This document shows, piece after piece, positions 37,603 through 47,669 of a DNA stretch of 47,765 nt. How positions within the stretch are numbered: position 1 is the stretch's first letter; each line of letters starts with the position of its first letter. The position numbers and the translations under genes are program-made. Source of the DNA: an uncultured Clostridia bacterium. Its GTDB lineage: Bacteria > CAYTYR01 > UBA6262. The stretch is from positions 62,001 to 109,765 of the forward strand of contig CAYTYR010000005.1 in NCBI GenBank assembly GCA_964441745.1, given 5' to 3'. The notes under the pieces were generated by a model. That model saw nothing but the letters and a program-made list of their open reading frames with translations. It was not told the DNA's origin and did no database searches.

Positions 37603-38729
37603 CCCGGAAGATCCAGGACCGTTTTCTCAAGATTGGTAAAGGCGAAAAGGAAGCTCCTGTTGCCTTAGACTTGTTCCTGGCTGTCTTGAGCTGGCTCTAT
37701 ATAGCTATTGTTAAAACAAGGCGGCTGATCTACGAAAAGCTAAAAAAGAAAAAGCATCTTTCAGCAGCGGTCATCAGTGTAGGCAATATCACTGTAGGGG
37801 GCACGGGTAAGACCCCATTTGTCATGATGCTGGCGAAATACCTGAAAAACAGGAAGAAAAAAGTGGCCATCTTGAGCCGCGGCTATAAGCGGAAAAAATC
37901 GCCTGGACGGGGTGAAGGAATTGAGAAAGGGATTAGCGTGGTCTCAACTGGCAAAGATGTCCTACTGACCCCGGAAGAAGCTGGTGATGAACCCTACATG
38001 ATGGCCAAGTACCTGGCTAATGTGCCGGTTATGGTGGGCCGTGATCGGATCAAAAGCGGCCAATATGCCATTGCCAGCTTTAACAGTGAAGTATTGATCC
38101 TGGATGACGCTTTCAGCTATTATCCGCTATCTCGCAATTTAGAGGTAGTGCTGATTGACGCCACATGTCCGTTTGGCAATCATCATTGCCTGCCGCGCGG
38201 TATTATGCGGGAACCGATGAGCAGCCTGAAAAGGGCAGACATAATTGCCTTAACCAAATCTAACCTGGTCAGTCCTGAAGAAGTGGACTTGATCATTAAC
38301 AACCTAAAAAAATACAACCCGTACGCGGCTATCCTGAAATGCGTGCATAAACCGATCGATCTGATCAATCTGGCTACCGGGGAAACGATGCCCCTGAGTT
38401 TCCTGCGCCATAAGGAAATAGCAGCTTTGTCCAGTATCGGTTCGCCAGAATCATTTGAAAAGATCCTGGAAGAAGTCGGGGCCAAAGTCGTGAAAACCAT
38501 CCGCTATCCAGACCACCATTATTACACCAGGGATAATTTTATCCAGATCCTGGAAGAAGCCGAATACAATTTTATTGTTACGACGGAAAAAGATACGACC
38601 CGGTTTAAAAAGGAATTCTGGAATCTGGAAAAAATAGCCCGGATCAACTTTTTCTCTCTGCGGATAGAGATGCAGATCATCAAGGGAGAAGCTGAGTGGC
38701 TCAAAAAACTCAAACAATTAGTTATCTAG
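37599..38729 (+). CDS. lpxK: Tetraacyldisaccharide 4'-kinase
   Basis: SVGNITVGGTGKTP, SRGY, GDEP, LDDAF, PDHH and TTEKD motifs. Confidence 0.95.
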   Translation: MTRKIQDRFLKIGKGEKEAPVALDLFLAVLSWLYIAIVKTRRLIYEKLKKKKHLSAAVISVGNITVGGTGKTPFVMMLAKYLKNRKKKVAILSRGYKRKKSPGRGEGIEKGISVVSTGKDVLLTPEEAGDEPYMMAKYLANVPVMVGRDRIKSGQYAIASFNSEVLILDDAFSYYPLSRNLEVVLIDATCPFGNHHCLPRGIMREPMSSLKRADIIALTKSNLVSPEEVDLIINNLKKYNPYAAILKCVHKPIDLINLATGETMPLSFLRHKEIAALSSIGSPESFEKILEEVGAKVVKTIRYPDHHYYTRDNFIQILEEAEYNFIVTTEKDTTRFKKEFWNLEKIARINFFSLRIEMQIIKGEAEWLKKLKQLVI

Positions 38730-39601
38730 AATATTTCCTGATACGCTTATTCATCAGTTTAATACGGTTATTGCCATATCGCTGGGCCTTAAAACTGGGT
38801 TCTGGTTTGGGAACGCTGGTATTCAAGGTTTGGGGCCAGCGCCGTCAGATCACGATCAAAAACCTGACCAAAACTTTCCCCGATAAAAATCACGCTGAAA
38901 TCAGGAATATAGCTATCAGCGTTTACCGTAATATTGGCCAAACCCTGATTGAGTTTATTAGAGCCGGTGTCTGGAGTAAAGAGCAGTTGTTTAAACAGGT
39001 TTTATTCGAAGGCCGGGAATATTTAGATGGGGCGCTGGCTAAAGGTAAGGGAGTCTTGCTCTTAACAGCGCATTTTGGTAATTGGGAATTGTTAGGAATA
39101 GCGCTCAGCGCGGCCGGGTATAAATTGAATGTGCTGGCCCGGCCGCTGGATAATCCGTTACTGGACAAAGTAGTGAATAATATCCGCCGTAAATTCGGTA
39201 CCTGGATCATTGCCAATAGCAATAGTATCAAGGATGTGATCAGGGTCCTGCATAAAAATGAAACAATTGGCATCCTGATGGACCAGAACCTTTATGAAAA
39301 TGCGACTTTTGTTGATTTTTTCGGTGATTTAGCGGCAACTACCCCGATCATCCCGTTATTAGCCCGGAAAACCGGCGCAGCGGTGATCCCGATACGGATA
39401 GTAAGGCTAAAAAATAATCAGCTTCAGGTGATCGTAGAACCAGAAGTAATCTTCCAGGCTAATCCTGACTGCGAGGAATTTGTGCGGAACAATACCAGGC
39501 ATTGCAATGAAGTGCTAGAACAATGGATCAGGCAAGATCCTGAACAATGGTTCTGGGTACATAATAGATGGAAAACACGGCCAAAGAAAGACAGCGTATA
39601 G
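38696..39601 (+). CDS. lpxL: Lipid A late acyltransferase (LpxL family)
   Basis: HFGNWE, DQ and PEQWFWVHNRWK motifs. Confidence 0.88.
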   Translation: MAQKTQTISYLEYFLIRLFISLIRLLPYRWALKLGSGLGTLVFKVWGQRRQITIKNLTKTFPDKNHAEIRNIAISVYRNIGQTLIEFIRAGVWSKEQLFKQVLFEGREYLDGALAKGKGVLLLTAHFGNWELLGIALSAAGYKLNVLARPLDNPLLDKVVNNIRRKFGTWIIANSNSIKDVIRVLHKNETIGILMDQNLYENATFVDFFGDLAATTPIIPLLARKTGAAVIPIRIVRLKNNQLQVIVEPEVIFQANPDCEEFVRNNTRHCNEVLEQWIRQDPEQWFWVHNRWKTRPKKDSV

Positions 39602-39614
39602 CGGATAGCGTAGA
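39594..39614. repeat. 7-nt tandem array (GCGKAKA), single arm
   Basis: gcgtata gcggata gcgtaga; contains the lpxL stop; same family as 15345. Confidence 0.65.
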
Positions 39615-39622
39615 GGAAAACA

Positions 39623-40642
39623 GTGAAAATATTAATTATTGATTTGGATAATATCGGCGATGTAGTGATGGCCAGTTTTTTACCGCGGGCTCTGAAGAGC
39701 TTATATCCGGATAGTTATATTAGTATCCTGGTAAAAGAATACTGCCAGGATATTTTTAAGCATAATCCTGATGTGAATGAGCTGGTCATCTTTAATCCTC
39801 CCTGGCTGGGTGATATGCTGAATAAAAGATTTACCTGGAGCCAGACCAAGGCGCTGATAAAAAAACTGAAGATTTTTAAATATGACCTGGCTATTGTCGT
39901 TAATAGCGATTGGCGTAAAGCTTCCCTGGCCAAAATGGCCGGGATCCCATCCAGGATCGGCGCCGGCAAAAAAAAGTCCTCGTTGTTCCTGACTACGTCT
40001 GTACCCTATCATCATGATCCAGCCAAACATATGGTACAAGAGAATCTGGACTTGCTCAAGGCCCTGGGATATAAGAAAAGCGAAATCAGCTTAGAAGTTT
40101 TCTTGGATAATGATACCCTGAATTGGGCGGAAGGGATACTTAAAAAAAATAACCTGGGCAAAGGAGAAGCTTTGGTCGGTATCCATCCGGGAGCAGGGCA
40201 TCCAGCCCGGATCTGGCCGGCAGAAAACTATATCAAACTGATAGATGCACTGGAAAAGGATCCTAAAGTTAAGGTTATGGTCGTCGGTTACCATAGCGAT
40301 CTGGTGATCAAAGAAATAAAGGACAAACTTAATAAATATAAAGTGATTTTTCTTTTGAATAATTCTGTCCTGCAAATGGCGGCTTTATTTAAGCAATGCG
40401 CCTGTGTCATTGCCCAGGATAGCGGCCCGATGCATTTGGCCACGGCGGTTGGTACTAAAACCATAGCTATTTTCGGGCCTTCCAATCCCCGCAAATTCGG
40501 GCCTTATGGACCAGGGCATATCGTGATCAGGAAAGAAATGCCTTGCAGTCCCTGTGGCAGCGATCCTGATTGTAAAAAGCTTGATTGCCTGAAGAATATT
40601 TCTATAAACGATGTACTGGAAAAAGTAAAAGGGGCGCTATGA
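39623..40642 (+). CDS. GT9 heptosyltransferase (WaaF-like)
   Basis: IGDVVM, HPGA..RIW, DSGPMHLA and FGPS motifs. Confidence 0.88.
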   Translation: MKILIIDLDNIGDVVMASFLPRALKSLYPDSYISILVKEYCQDIFKHNPDVNELVIFNPPWLGDMLNKRFTWSQTKALIKKLKIFKYDLAIVVNSDWRKASLAKMAGIPSRIGAGKKKSSLFLTTSVPYHHDPAKHMVQENLDLLKALGYKKSEISLEVFLDNDTLNWAEGILKKNNLGKGEALVGIHPGAGHPARIWPAENYIKLIDALEKDPKVKVMVVGYHSDLVIKEIKDKLNKYKVIFLLNNSVLQMAALFKQCACVIAQDSGPMHLATAVGTKTIAIFGPSNPRKFGPYGPGHIVIRKEMPCSPCGSDPDCKKLDCLKNISINDVLEKVKGAL

Positions 40643-42522
40643 GCTCTCGTTCCGAACGGCTCGATCAAGCCATCAACATTGGCTTAATGTTTTTTGCTTT
40701 TGCTCTGCCGGTGTCTACGGCCTTGACCAATCTGGCCTGGATCTGGTTACTATTATCCGGAGTATTGAAATTATTCTCTGACCGGAGTTTGTGGCAGAGG
40801 ACCAGGCTGGACCAGCCATTATTCTGGCTGTTAGCCGTGACGGCTATTTCTACGGTGACAGCTATTGATCCCGGGCATAGTTTGGGGAAGTGGAGGCAAA
40901 TTAGTCTTGTTACTATCTATTGGCTGATCGTCCTGCTGGTCAGGGATGAGAGCCAGCTAAAAAAGATCCTCTATTATTTTATTGCCGGCTCAGTTCTGGT
41001 AAGCTTATACGGTATCCTGCAATATATCCTGGGTCTCAATATGATCGACGGCATAATAGTACATAATCCGTATCCCTTTATGCAAAACTGGCCCACCTGG
41101 CTATTGCAGAATATTTCCCTCGATCACGGCCGCGTCATATCTACCCGGAGCCATCCTTTGACTTTTGCCGAATGTCTCATGATGGCCTTGACTTTTGTCT
41201 TTTGTCTGGGATTGTTTCATGAAAACAAACGCCAGCGCAATCTGGCCTGGATCTTTATCCTGATCAGTGGCTTATGCCTGCTATTTACCAACAGCCGAGG
41301 GCCTTGGTTAGGAACCTTGATCGGCTTGTTCAGCCTGGTATTATTCCGGCCATCCAAAAAAGTCATCATTACTTTGTTAGTCGTGTTGCTTAGTATCCCT
41401 GTCTTATTATTCGGGGTGAATGCCCTGACCCAGGGTAAGCGCAATTCTGTGATCGTCCGTATTGAAAAGGCGATTAACTGGCGTACTGATGCGGACAGCC
41501 GCGAACGTGTCCTGATGTGGCAAAGCGGCCGGGAGATGATCAAAGATTATCCGTTACTCGGTGTTGGACTGGGTAATATTCACGAAGTATATTTAAAATA
41601 CAAAAGCATCAAAGCCTGGCATATAGGCGTAGAAAATGAACTGCACTCTAATATTGTCCAGATCGCCGTAGAAAGAGGTTTGCTTGGACTGGCCATGTTC
41701 ATTTGGCTGCTGGTGGCGTTTTTCCGGGAAGGGTACCAGACACTAAAGGTTTTGCCTGAAGATAAACCCTTTCTTAAAGCAGTGACTGCCGGCGGTCTTA
41801 TCAGCGTGGTTAGTTTCCTGGGAGCAGGTTTTACTGAAACAACATACAATGACAGCGAAGTGATTATGATATTCTATTTCATGCTGGGGATGGTCATGTG
41901 GATCAGACAAAGGACTAAGATTAAAGATGACACCGGTTATAGCGATATAGCTGTATTTATGGACCGTGACGGCACGATCAGCGAGGAAGTAGGTTATATC
42001 AATCATCCGGACCGTTTCCACTTGCTCAAAAGAAGCAGTAAAGCCATTAAACTGCTGAATAAGAACAAGATCCGGGCCATAGTGGTGACCAATCAAGCTG
42101 GTGTAGGCCGGGGCTATTTCAAGGAAGAGATGATCGGCGTAGTGCATCAGAAGATGGAAGATTTAATGGCCCGGGACGGCGCCTATCTCGATGCTATCTA
42201 TTATTGTCCGCACCATCCGAAAGACAATTGTAATTGCCGCAAACCAAAGCCGGGTATGATGCTGCAGGCCAAGGATAAATTCGGCCTGGACCTGACCAAA
42301 TCTTATGTGATCGGCGATAAGTATTCAGATGTGGAATACGCGCACCAGGTAGGAGCCAAAGGCATACTCGTGCTGACTGGATATGGCAAAGGCGCGTATG
42401 AATTCGAGAAAGAGCAGTGGAGCAAAGGGCCTGATTTCGTCGCCAGTGACCTGTATGAAGCAGTAGAGTGGATCGTGCAGCAGGAGAAGAAGGCAATTAA
42501 GTTTAAGGGAACATTGCCTTAA
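40639..42522 (+). CDS. O-antigen ligase (WaaL/Wzy_C) fused to D,D-heptose-1,7-bisphosphate phosphatase (GmhB)
   Basis: Multi-TM N-part with SRGPW, R..MW, PLLGVG, HSN and ERG; C-part MDRDGT, TNQAG, CPHH..CNCRKP and IGD; ATGA overlap with the upstream gene. Confidence 0.88.
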   Translation: MSSRSERLDQAINIGLMFFAFALPVSTALTNLAWIWLLLSGVLKLFSDRSLWQRTRLDQPLFWLLAVTAISTVTAIDPGHSLGKWRQISLVTIYWLIVLLVRDESQLKKILYYFIAGSVLVSLYGILQYILGLNMIDGIIVHNPYPFMQNWPTWLLQNISLDHGRVISTRSHPLTFAECLMMALTFVFCLGLFHENKRQRNLAWIFILISGLCLLFTNSRGPWLGTLIGLFSLVLFRPSKKVIITLLVVLLSIPVLLFGVNALTQGKRNSVIVRIEKAINWRTDADSRERVLMWQSGREMIKDYPLLGVGLGNIHEVYLKYKSIKAWHIGVENELHSNIVQIAVERGLLGLAMFIWLLVAFFREGYQTLKVLPEDKPFLKAVTAGGLISVVSFLGAGFTETTYNDSEVIMIFYFMLGMVMWIRQRTKIKDDTGYSDIAVFMDRDGTISEEVGYINHPDRFHLLKRSSKAIKLLNKNKIRAIVVTNQAGVGRGYFKEEMIGVVHQKMEDLMARDGAYLDAIYYCPHHPKDNCNCRKPKPGMMLQAKDKFGLDLTKSYVIGDKYSDVEYAHQVGAKGILVLTGYGKGAYEFEKEQWSKGPDFVASDLYEAVEWIVQQEKKAIKFKGTLP

Positions 42523-42577
42523 TTATTGTTTTAAGTATCTCTGAAATAAACAAGAAAGGGTAATGAAATAAAGAGCA

Positions 42578-43889
42578 ATGGAAACTATTAAGTTTGATCC
42601 AAGGGACTTTATTTCCGCGCCTTATATTAAATGTCCTAAATGTGATAAAGAAAGCTTCGGCATTTTAATGGTTTGTGGTAATCATTATTGTCGAAGATGC
42701 AGGGAATGTCTTTATCCAAAGGGGAATGAGCCTGGCGCAAAATATACTCTTCCTAAATTGAACAAAAAGATCATATATATTGATCAATTTGCTCTTAGTA
42801 ATATGATGAAAGCTCTTAATCCTGAAACAAAAGCATATCAAAAAGGAAAGACGGATGATTTTTGGGTTAAGCTTTTCAAAAGATTAGATAGCCTATGTAA
42901 ATTGCAGCTCATAATTTGTCCAGAATCATCTTCCCACGAAAAAGAATCTCTGGTATCATCTTATTTTGCTCCCTTAAAACAAATGTATGAAATGTTATCA
43001 AATGGAATAAGCTTTTACGATCATGAAACAATAAAGAACTTTCAGATATGTGAGCATGCGAAGAATTGGATAACAGGTAATCAAAATAAAGAGCTTAATC
43101 TTAATGTGCATTCTATCGTGTATGGAAAAATAAATTCTTGGCAAGAAAGATTATTAATTACCATAAATATGAATTATGATGAGGAATGGATAGATAATTT
43201 AAGAAAAAACAGAGAAAATGTGCATAAAGGATTGAGTGAGTGTTTTAAATATTGGCAGTCTGAAAAAGAAAAACCCTTCAATTATTGGGTTGAAGAAGAA
43301 AGCAGGGCTTTCGGGAAAGCCATAATACAAGGTTATAATAATTATTTGCAGCGGTTTATGAATATAAAACTGGGGTTAAAGGATTCCGACGCAGAGGGTT
43401 TATTGCCAACATCATCGGTATCCATTATTCATTCAATACAAGATGTTTTTGAAAATGCTGGCGTTAAAGATATTGATATTTGGCAAAAAACAATAGAATA
43501 TCTAACCACAGCGGATTTTAAAAACGTACCTTTTATAAAAATATCTGCTATGTTATACGCAGCATTAGCACGGCAAGCTGCAAATAATAGGAAAGAACTC
43601 CCAAGCCAGGGAATGTTTAACGATATACAATTTATTTCTGCATTATTGCCTTATTGCGATGTTTATAGATAATGAATGTTGTTCTTATCTTAAAGAGAAT
43701 CCTTTGTATTCAAGTATAAATAAATATAAAACAAAAATATTCTCGCAAAACACAAAAGAAGAATTTATTAATTATTTGAATGATGTAGAATTAAAAACTC
43801 CTAAAGAACATTTTGACAAAATAAATGAGGTTTACGGAATAGATTGGAGAGAGCCATTCACTGAGCTCTATAGGAAAGATAAGCAGTAA
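42578..43889 (+). pseudogene. Zn-ribbon plus PIN-like hypothetical gene split by a frameshift near 43655-43661 (ORFs 42578-43672 and 43659-43889)
   Basis: CxxC/CxxC N-terminus, IYIDQ start motif, ...LLPYCD | MFIDNEC continues in the +1 frame. Confidence 0.6.
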
Positions 43890-43927
43890 GAATATTAAAA
43901 ACATTGTTTCTTTAAGAAAGAATAAAA

Positions 43928-46744
43928 ATGCATTTGACTAAAGCTGAAGCTAAAGAAAATCTAAAACGATTGATCGCCAAGTTTGAGCGCGAGCTATTGT
44001 CAGGTCAGGTATATGAATATAACGAGGAAGCGACCAAAACTGCCTTTATACAGCCGTTTTTGAAGGATGTCTTAGGTTGGGATGTCACTGAGAGAGATGA
44101 AGTAAGCCCGGAATATACAATATCCAAAGGCAGAATAGACTATGGCTTAAAGGTAGATGGCAAGATAAAGATATTTATTGAAGCTAAACCTATAAAAGCA
44201 GATTTAAACAAACATATTGAACAGGCTATTCGGTATGGGTACAGCCATAAGGGTGTGCCTTTCGTTTTGTTGACGGATTTTGAAGGTATAAAATTATTTG
44301 ATGTCACTGTAAAGCCAGATATAAGAAATCCTAAAAAGGGCCTAAAGCTTGATCTGAATTGGAAAGACTATTTGGGGAAGTTTGATAACCTGTGGGTGCT
44401 TTCTAAGGAATCGGTAAGTAATGGGAAGTTAGATGAATTACTTAGGGTCAAGCCAAAAGACAGAGTCCAGGTTGATAAGGCGATTTTAAGTGATTTAGAG
44501 AACTGGCGCGAATCGCTGGCGAAAGACATCTATAAACACAATCATAAGCTGTTCTCAGGGGATTTGGAGAAGGATGCAATATATTTAAGGGAGATTACCC
44601 AGAAATTACTCGATAGAATTATTTTTATGCGGTTCTGTGAAGACCGACATCTAACTTATAGAAGCCAATTAAGAGACCTGTTTGAGAGTAGGGGCAATGT
44701 TGGTACTAATACTATGGTCTTTCTTGGGGAAGAATTTAAACATTATGCTATTACCTTCAATAGCGATCTATTTCATCAATATGAATGGGAAAGAAACTTA
44801 GCAATTGATTTTGAGGTATTGAAAGATATTATATTAGAAAGCTATAATCCTTATGATTTTTCTGTCCTCCCTATTGAAGTGCTTGGTAATATATACGAAC
44901 AGTATCTTGGATATACGATAAGATTAACAGAGCAACAGGTAAAATATGAACAAAAGCCTGAAGTCAGGAAGGCTGGAGGGGTTTATTATACACCGGAATA
45001 TATTGTTGATTATATAGTAAAAAATACAGTTGGCAAGTTGCTAAAAGAATTAACTCCCAATAAAATCAAGAAAATCAGGATTTTGGATCCGGCGTGCGGT
45101 TCTGGTAGTTTCCTGATAAAAGCCTATGAAGAAATGCTCAAGTATTATAAAGAGCAGAAGAAGAAAGGCCATACGATAGATGACAGGCAAGCTGGATTAG
45201 AATTAGAAGGCGAAGAAGATGCCCAAGGGCATTTGACGATCCATGAGAAGAAGGAGATACTTAAAAATCATATCTTTGGCGTGGATATAGATGAACAAGC
45301 TGTTGAAGTATCTAAACTCTCTTTAATGCTGAAAATGCTTGAAGATGAGTCTGGGATAATTCCAGGAAGAGCAGTTTTGCCTATGCTTGATCACAACATC
45401 CGTTGTGGTAATTCCCTCATATTTAGTGATACCCTTGAATTAAAGAAGTATTTCGGGGATGACTACTACAAAATTAAAGCTTTTAACTGGAAATCTGAAT
45501 TTAAGGAGATTATGACCAAAGAAGGTGGCTTTGATGTTATCATAGGTAATCCACCTTATGGAGCTACATTGTTGGTTGAACATAAACAATACTTGCAGCA
45601 GCATTTTCCTTATGTTGCAGATTACGAAACTTCTCAGTATTTTATTGCTCTTGTGCATAGTTTAATCAATAAAAACGGTCATATGGGTTATATTATCCCT
45701 AATACTGTTCTGATGAATATCTTAGCAAAGAAGTTTCGAGAATATTTATTGCAAGAGTTTAATATTGAAGAGATCTGTAACCTTACGAATATAGAAGTAT
45801 TTGAGAGTGCAACGATTAGAACAGTAATATTATTTCTTGCTAATAAGTCAAAAGCTAAAAACACAATTAATAAAACTGTCTTTAAAAATGATAAAACAGT
45901 CCTAGACATAGAAACAATAACTCAGCAAATGCTGAGAAAAAATGATGATTTATGGATAAGTGAGGGCGTTGCAAATAAACTCAGGGACGGTTTGATTAAA
46001 AAGCTAAAAACTAATACTATTCCACTTGGCGATATTTGTGAAATATCTCAAGGTCTAATACCTTACGATAAATATCGTGGACACGATGAGTATACAATAA
46101 AGAATAGAATATGGCATGCAGATAAAAGGAAAGATAATTCGTATAAAAAAGAATTAAGAGGTGGCGATATACAGCGTTATTCATTGCAATGGAATGGTCT
46201 GCAATGGATTAGTTATGGGAAATGGCTTGCTGCTCCTCGTAAACTAGAGTATTTCATAAAACCAAGGTTGCTTTTCAGAGAGATTACAGATCCTAAAACC
46301 GGACTCTTACATGTGGCCTATACTGATGAAGAGTATTGTAACAATCCCAGTATAATAAATTGTATATTAAAAATGCCTCAATATTCTTTATTTTATATTT
46401 TAGGAATAGCCAATTCTCGTCTTTTAGCGTGGTTTCATTTTTGTACTTCACCAAAAGCTAAAAAGGGCATTTTCCCAAAAATATTAGTAAATGATATCAG
46501 GAAATTGCCTATACCAATAATTGATTTAGCAGGTGAAAACAATAGAATGAATAAGAGCCAAGATAATATTATGTCACTCGTTGAAATAATGATTGGTTTG
46601 AATAAAAAAGCTCTAAAAGCTACAAGCAATGAAAAAGAACGAATCCAGAAACAAATTGCCCAAGCCGATCGCGAAATCGATGGGCTTGTTTATAAGCTTT
46701 TCGGTATTACAAAAGAAGAACAGAAGGTTATTGAAAACGAATAA
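43928..46744 (+). CDS. Type IIG restriction-modification enzyme (endonuclease + N6-adenine MTase + TRD; Eco57I-like)
   Basis: N-terminal IDY...IEAK nuclease, GVYYTP, ILDPACGSGSFL, GNPPY and a TaqI_C-like C-terminus. Confidence 0.92.
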   Translation: MHLTKAEAKENLKRLIAKFERELLSGQVYEYNEEATKTAFIQPFLKDVLGWDVTERDEVSPEYTISKGRIDYGLKVDGKIKIFIEAKPIKADLNKHIEQAIRYGYSHKGVPFVLLTDFEGIKLFDVTVKPDIRNPKKGLKLDLNWKDYLGKFDNLWVLSKESVSNGKLDELLRVKPKDRVQVDKAILSDLENWRESLAKDIYKHNHKLFSGDLEKDAIYLREITQKLLDRIIFMRFCEDRHLTYRSQLRDLFESRGNVGTNTMVFLGEEFKHYAITFNSDLFHQYEWERNLAIDFEVLKDIILESYNPYDFSVLPIEVLGNIYEQYLGYTIRLTEQQVKYEQKPEVRKAGGVYYTPEYIVDYIVKNTVGKLLKELTPNKIKKIRILDPACGSGSFLIKAYEEMLKYYKEQKKKGHTIDDRQAGLELEGEEDAQGHLTIHEKKEILKNHIFGVDIDEQAVEVSKLSLMLKMLEDESGIIPGRAVLPMLDHNIRCGNSLIFSDTLELKKYFGDDYYKIKAFNWKSEFKEIMTKEGGFDVIIGNPPYGATLLVEHKQYLQQHFPYVADYETSQYFIALVHSLINKNGHMGYIIPNTVLMNILAKKFREYLLQEFNIEEICNLTNIEVFESATIRTVILFLANKSKAKNTINKTVFKNDKTVLDIETITQQMLRKNDDLWISEGVANKLRDGLIKKLKTNTIPLGDICEISQGLIPYDKYRGHDEYTIKNRIWHADKRKDNSYKKELRGGDIQRYSLQWNGLQWISYGKWLAAPRKLEYFIKPRLLFREITDPKTGLLHVAYTDEEYCNNPSIINCILKMPQYSLFYILGIANSRLLAWFHFCTSPKAKKGIFPKILVNDIRKLPIPIIDLAGENNRMNKSQDNIMSLVEIMIGLNKKALKATSNEKERIQKQIAQADREIDGLVYKLFGITKEEQKVIENE

Positions 46745-46779
46745 AATACAGAGAATGATCACGTCTTTCAAGGAAAACA

Positions 46780-47652
46780 ATGACTAAGCCTTTAATAATA
46801 GACCGGCATTTATGTCTCGGTCAACAAGAAGAAGAAAAATACAAAGATACCGCTATCGTTGACTATTGGTGGGGATTAAGAGAATTGGCCTCTGGCTTCA
46901 GTATGCATTTATTGGACAGTGCAAATATGACGGCTGTTACGAATGACCAAAAAAAAGAGTATGCTTATCTCCAGATCCTACATTACACAGTTTATGTTAA
47001 ATTGGCTGGGGCATCTTATCAGCTGGATAAAATAAAGAATATTATAAACTCGACTTCAAGTGCGACGCAGTTTCAGATGTTTGAAGTAAAGGAATGTTTT
47101 GACGCTCTTCATTCCAGTCTTTATCAGTCACTATGTGCATTATGCAACCAAGTATTTACTCTGATTAACTCTTCAAGTACAATAAAAAAAGGATTAAATC
47201 CAAGCAAAGTGATAGCTTGGCTTGATAAACAAAAAGAAAGACAATTATCTAATCTTCTTATGTCTTGTAATAAATGTTTGGATATAAGACACCATATAAC
47301 ACATTATGGATACATTCCTACATTCCAAGAAAACAACCGTTTCTATATACAAGAAGGATCTCATCAAGGCGACATTATGTCTACTTTTGATTTAATCCTG
47401 TATAAAGCCCAAGGCGGGAAGCTTATAGAGATTATAGAGGTTTCTGAAAGTAAAATTAAACTGCTATGCGATATTATCAATAAAGTATATGAACATGTTT
47501 ATACCAAAGATGTTTTTGAAGGTTATCTATGCCGCCGTTGCTTAAAACTAAAAAACACAAACAAACCATACTGGGAAAGATCTAATGATATTGTAAGCGC
47601 TGATTTGGAAACAGGTTTTGCGTCTGGCACAGGCAACGCAAGTTCAACTTAA
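46780..47652 (+). CDS. Hypothetical protein with HEPN-like Rx4H motif
   Basis: Helical protein with IRHHITHYG; directly downstream of the RM gene; AT-rich. Confidence 0.6.
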   Translation: MTKPLIIDRHLCLGQQEEEKYKDTAIVDYWWGLRELASGFSMHLLDSANMTAVTNDQKKEYAYLQILHYTVYVKLAGASYQLDKIKNIINSTSSATQFQMFEVKECFDALHSSLYQSLCALCNQVFTLINSSSTIKKGLNPSKVIAWLDKQKERQLSNLLMSCNKCLDIRHHITHYGYIPTFQENNRFYIQEGSHQGDIMSTFDLILYKAQGGKLIEIIEVSESKIKLLCDIINKVYEHVYTKDVFEGYLCRRCLKLKNTNKPYWERSNDIVSADLETGFASGTGNASST

Positions 47653-47669
47653 AGATTAACATAAGCAAC

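Noticed and set aside
801-46629. Numerous antisense and nested ORFs in the six-frame track
   Set aside because: They shadow well-supported genes and show no recognisable motifs
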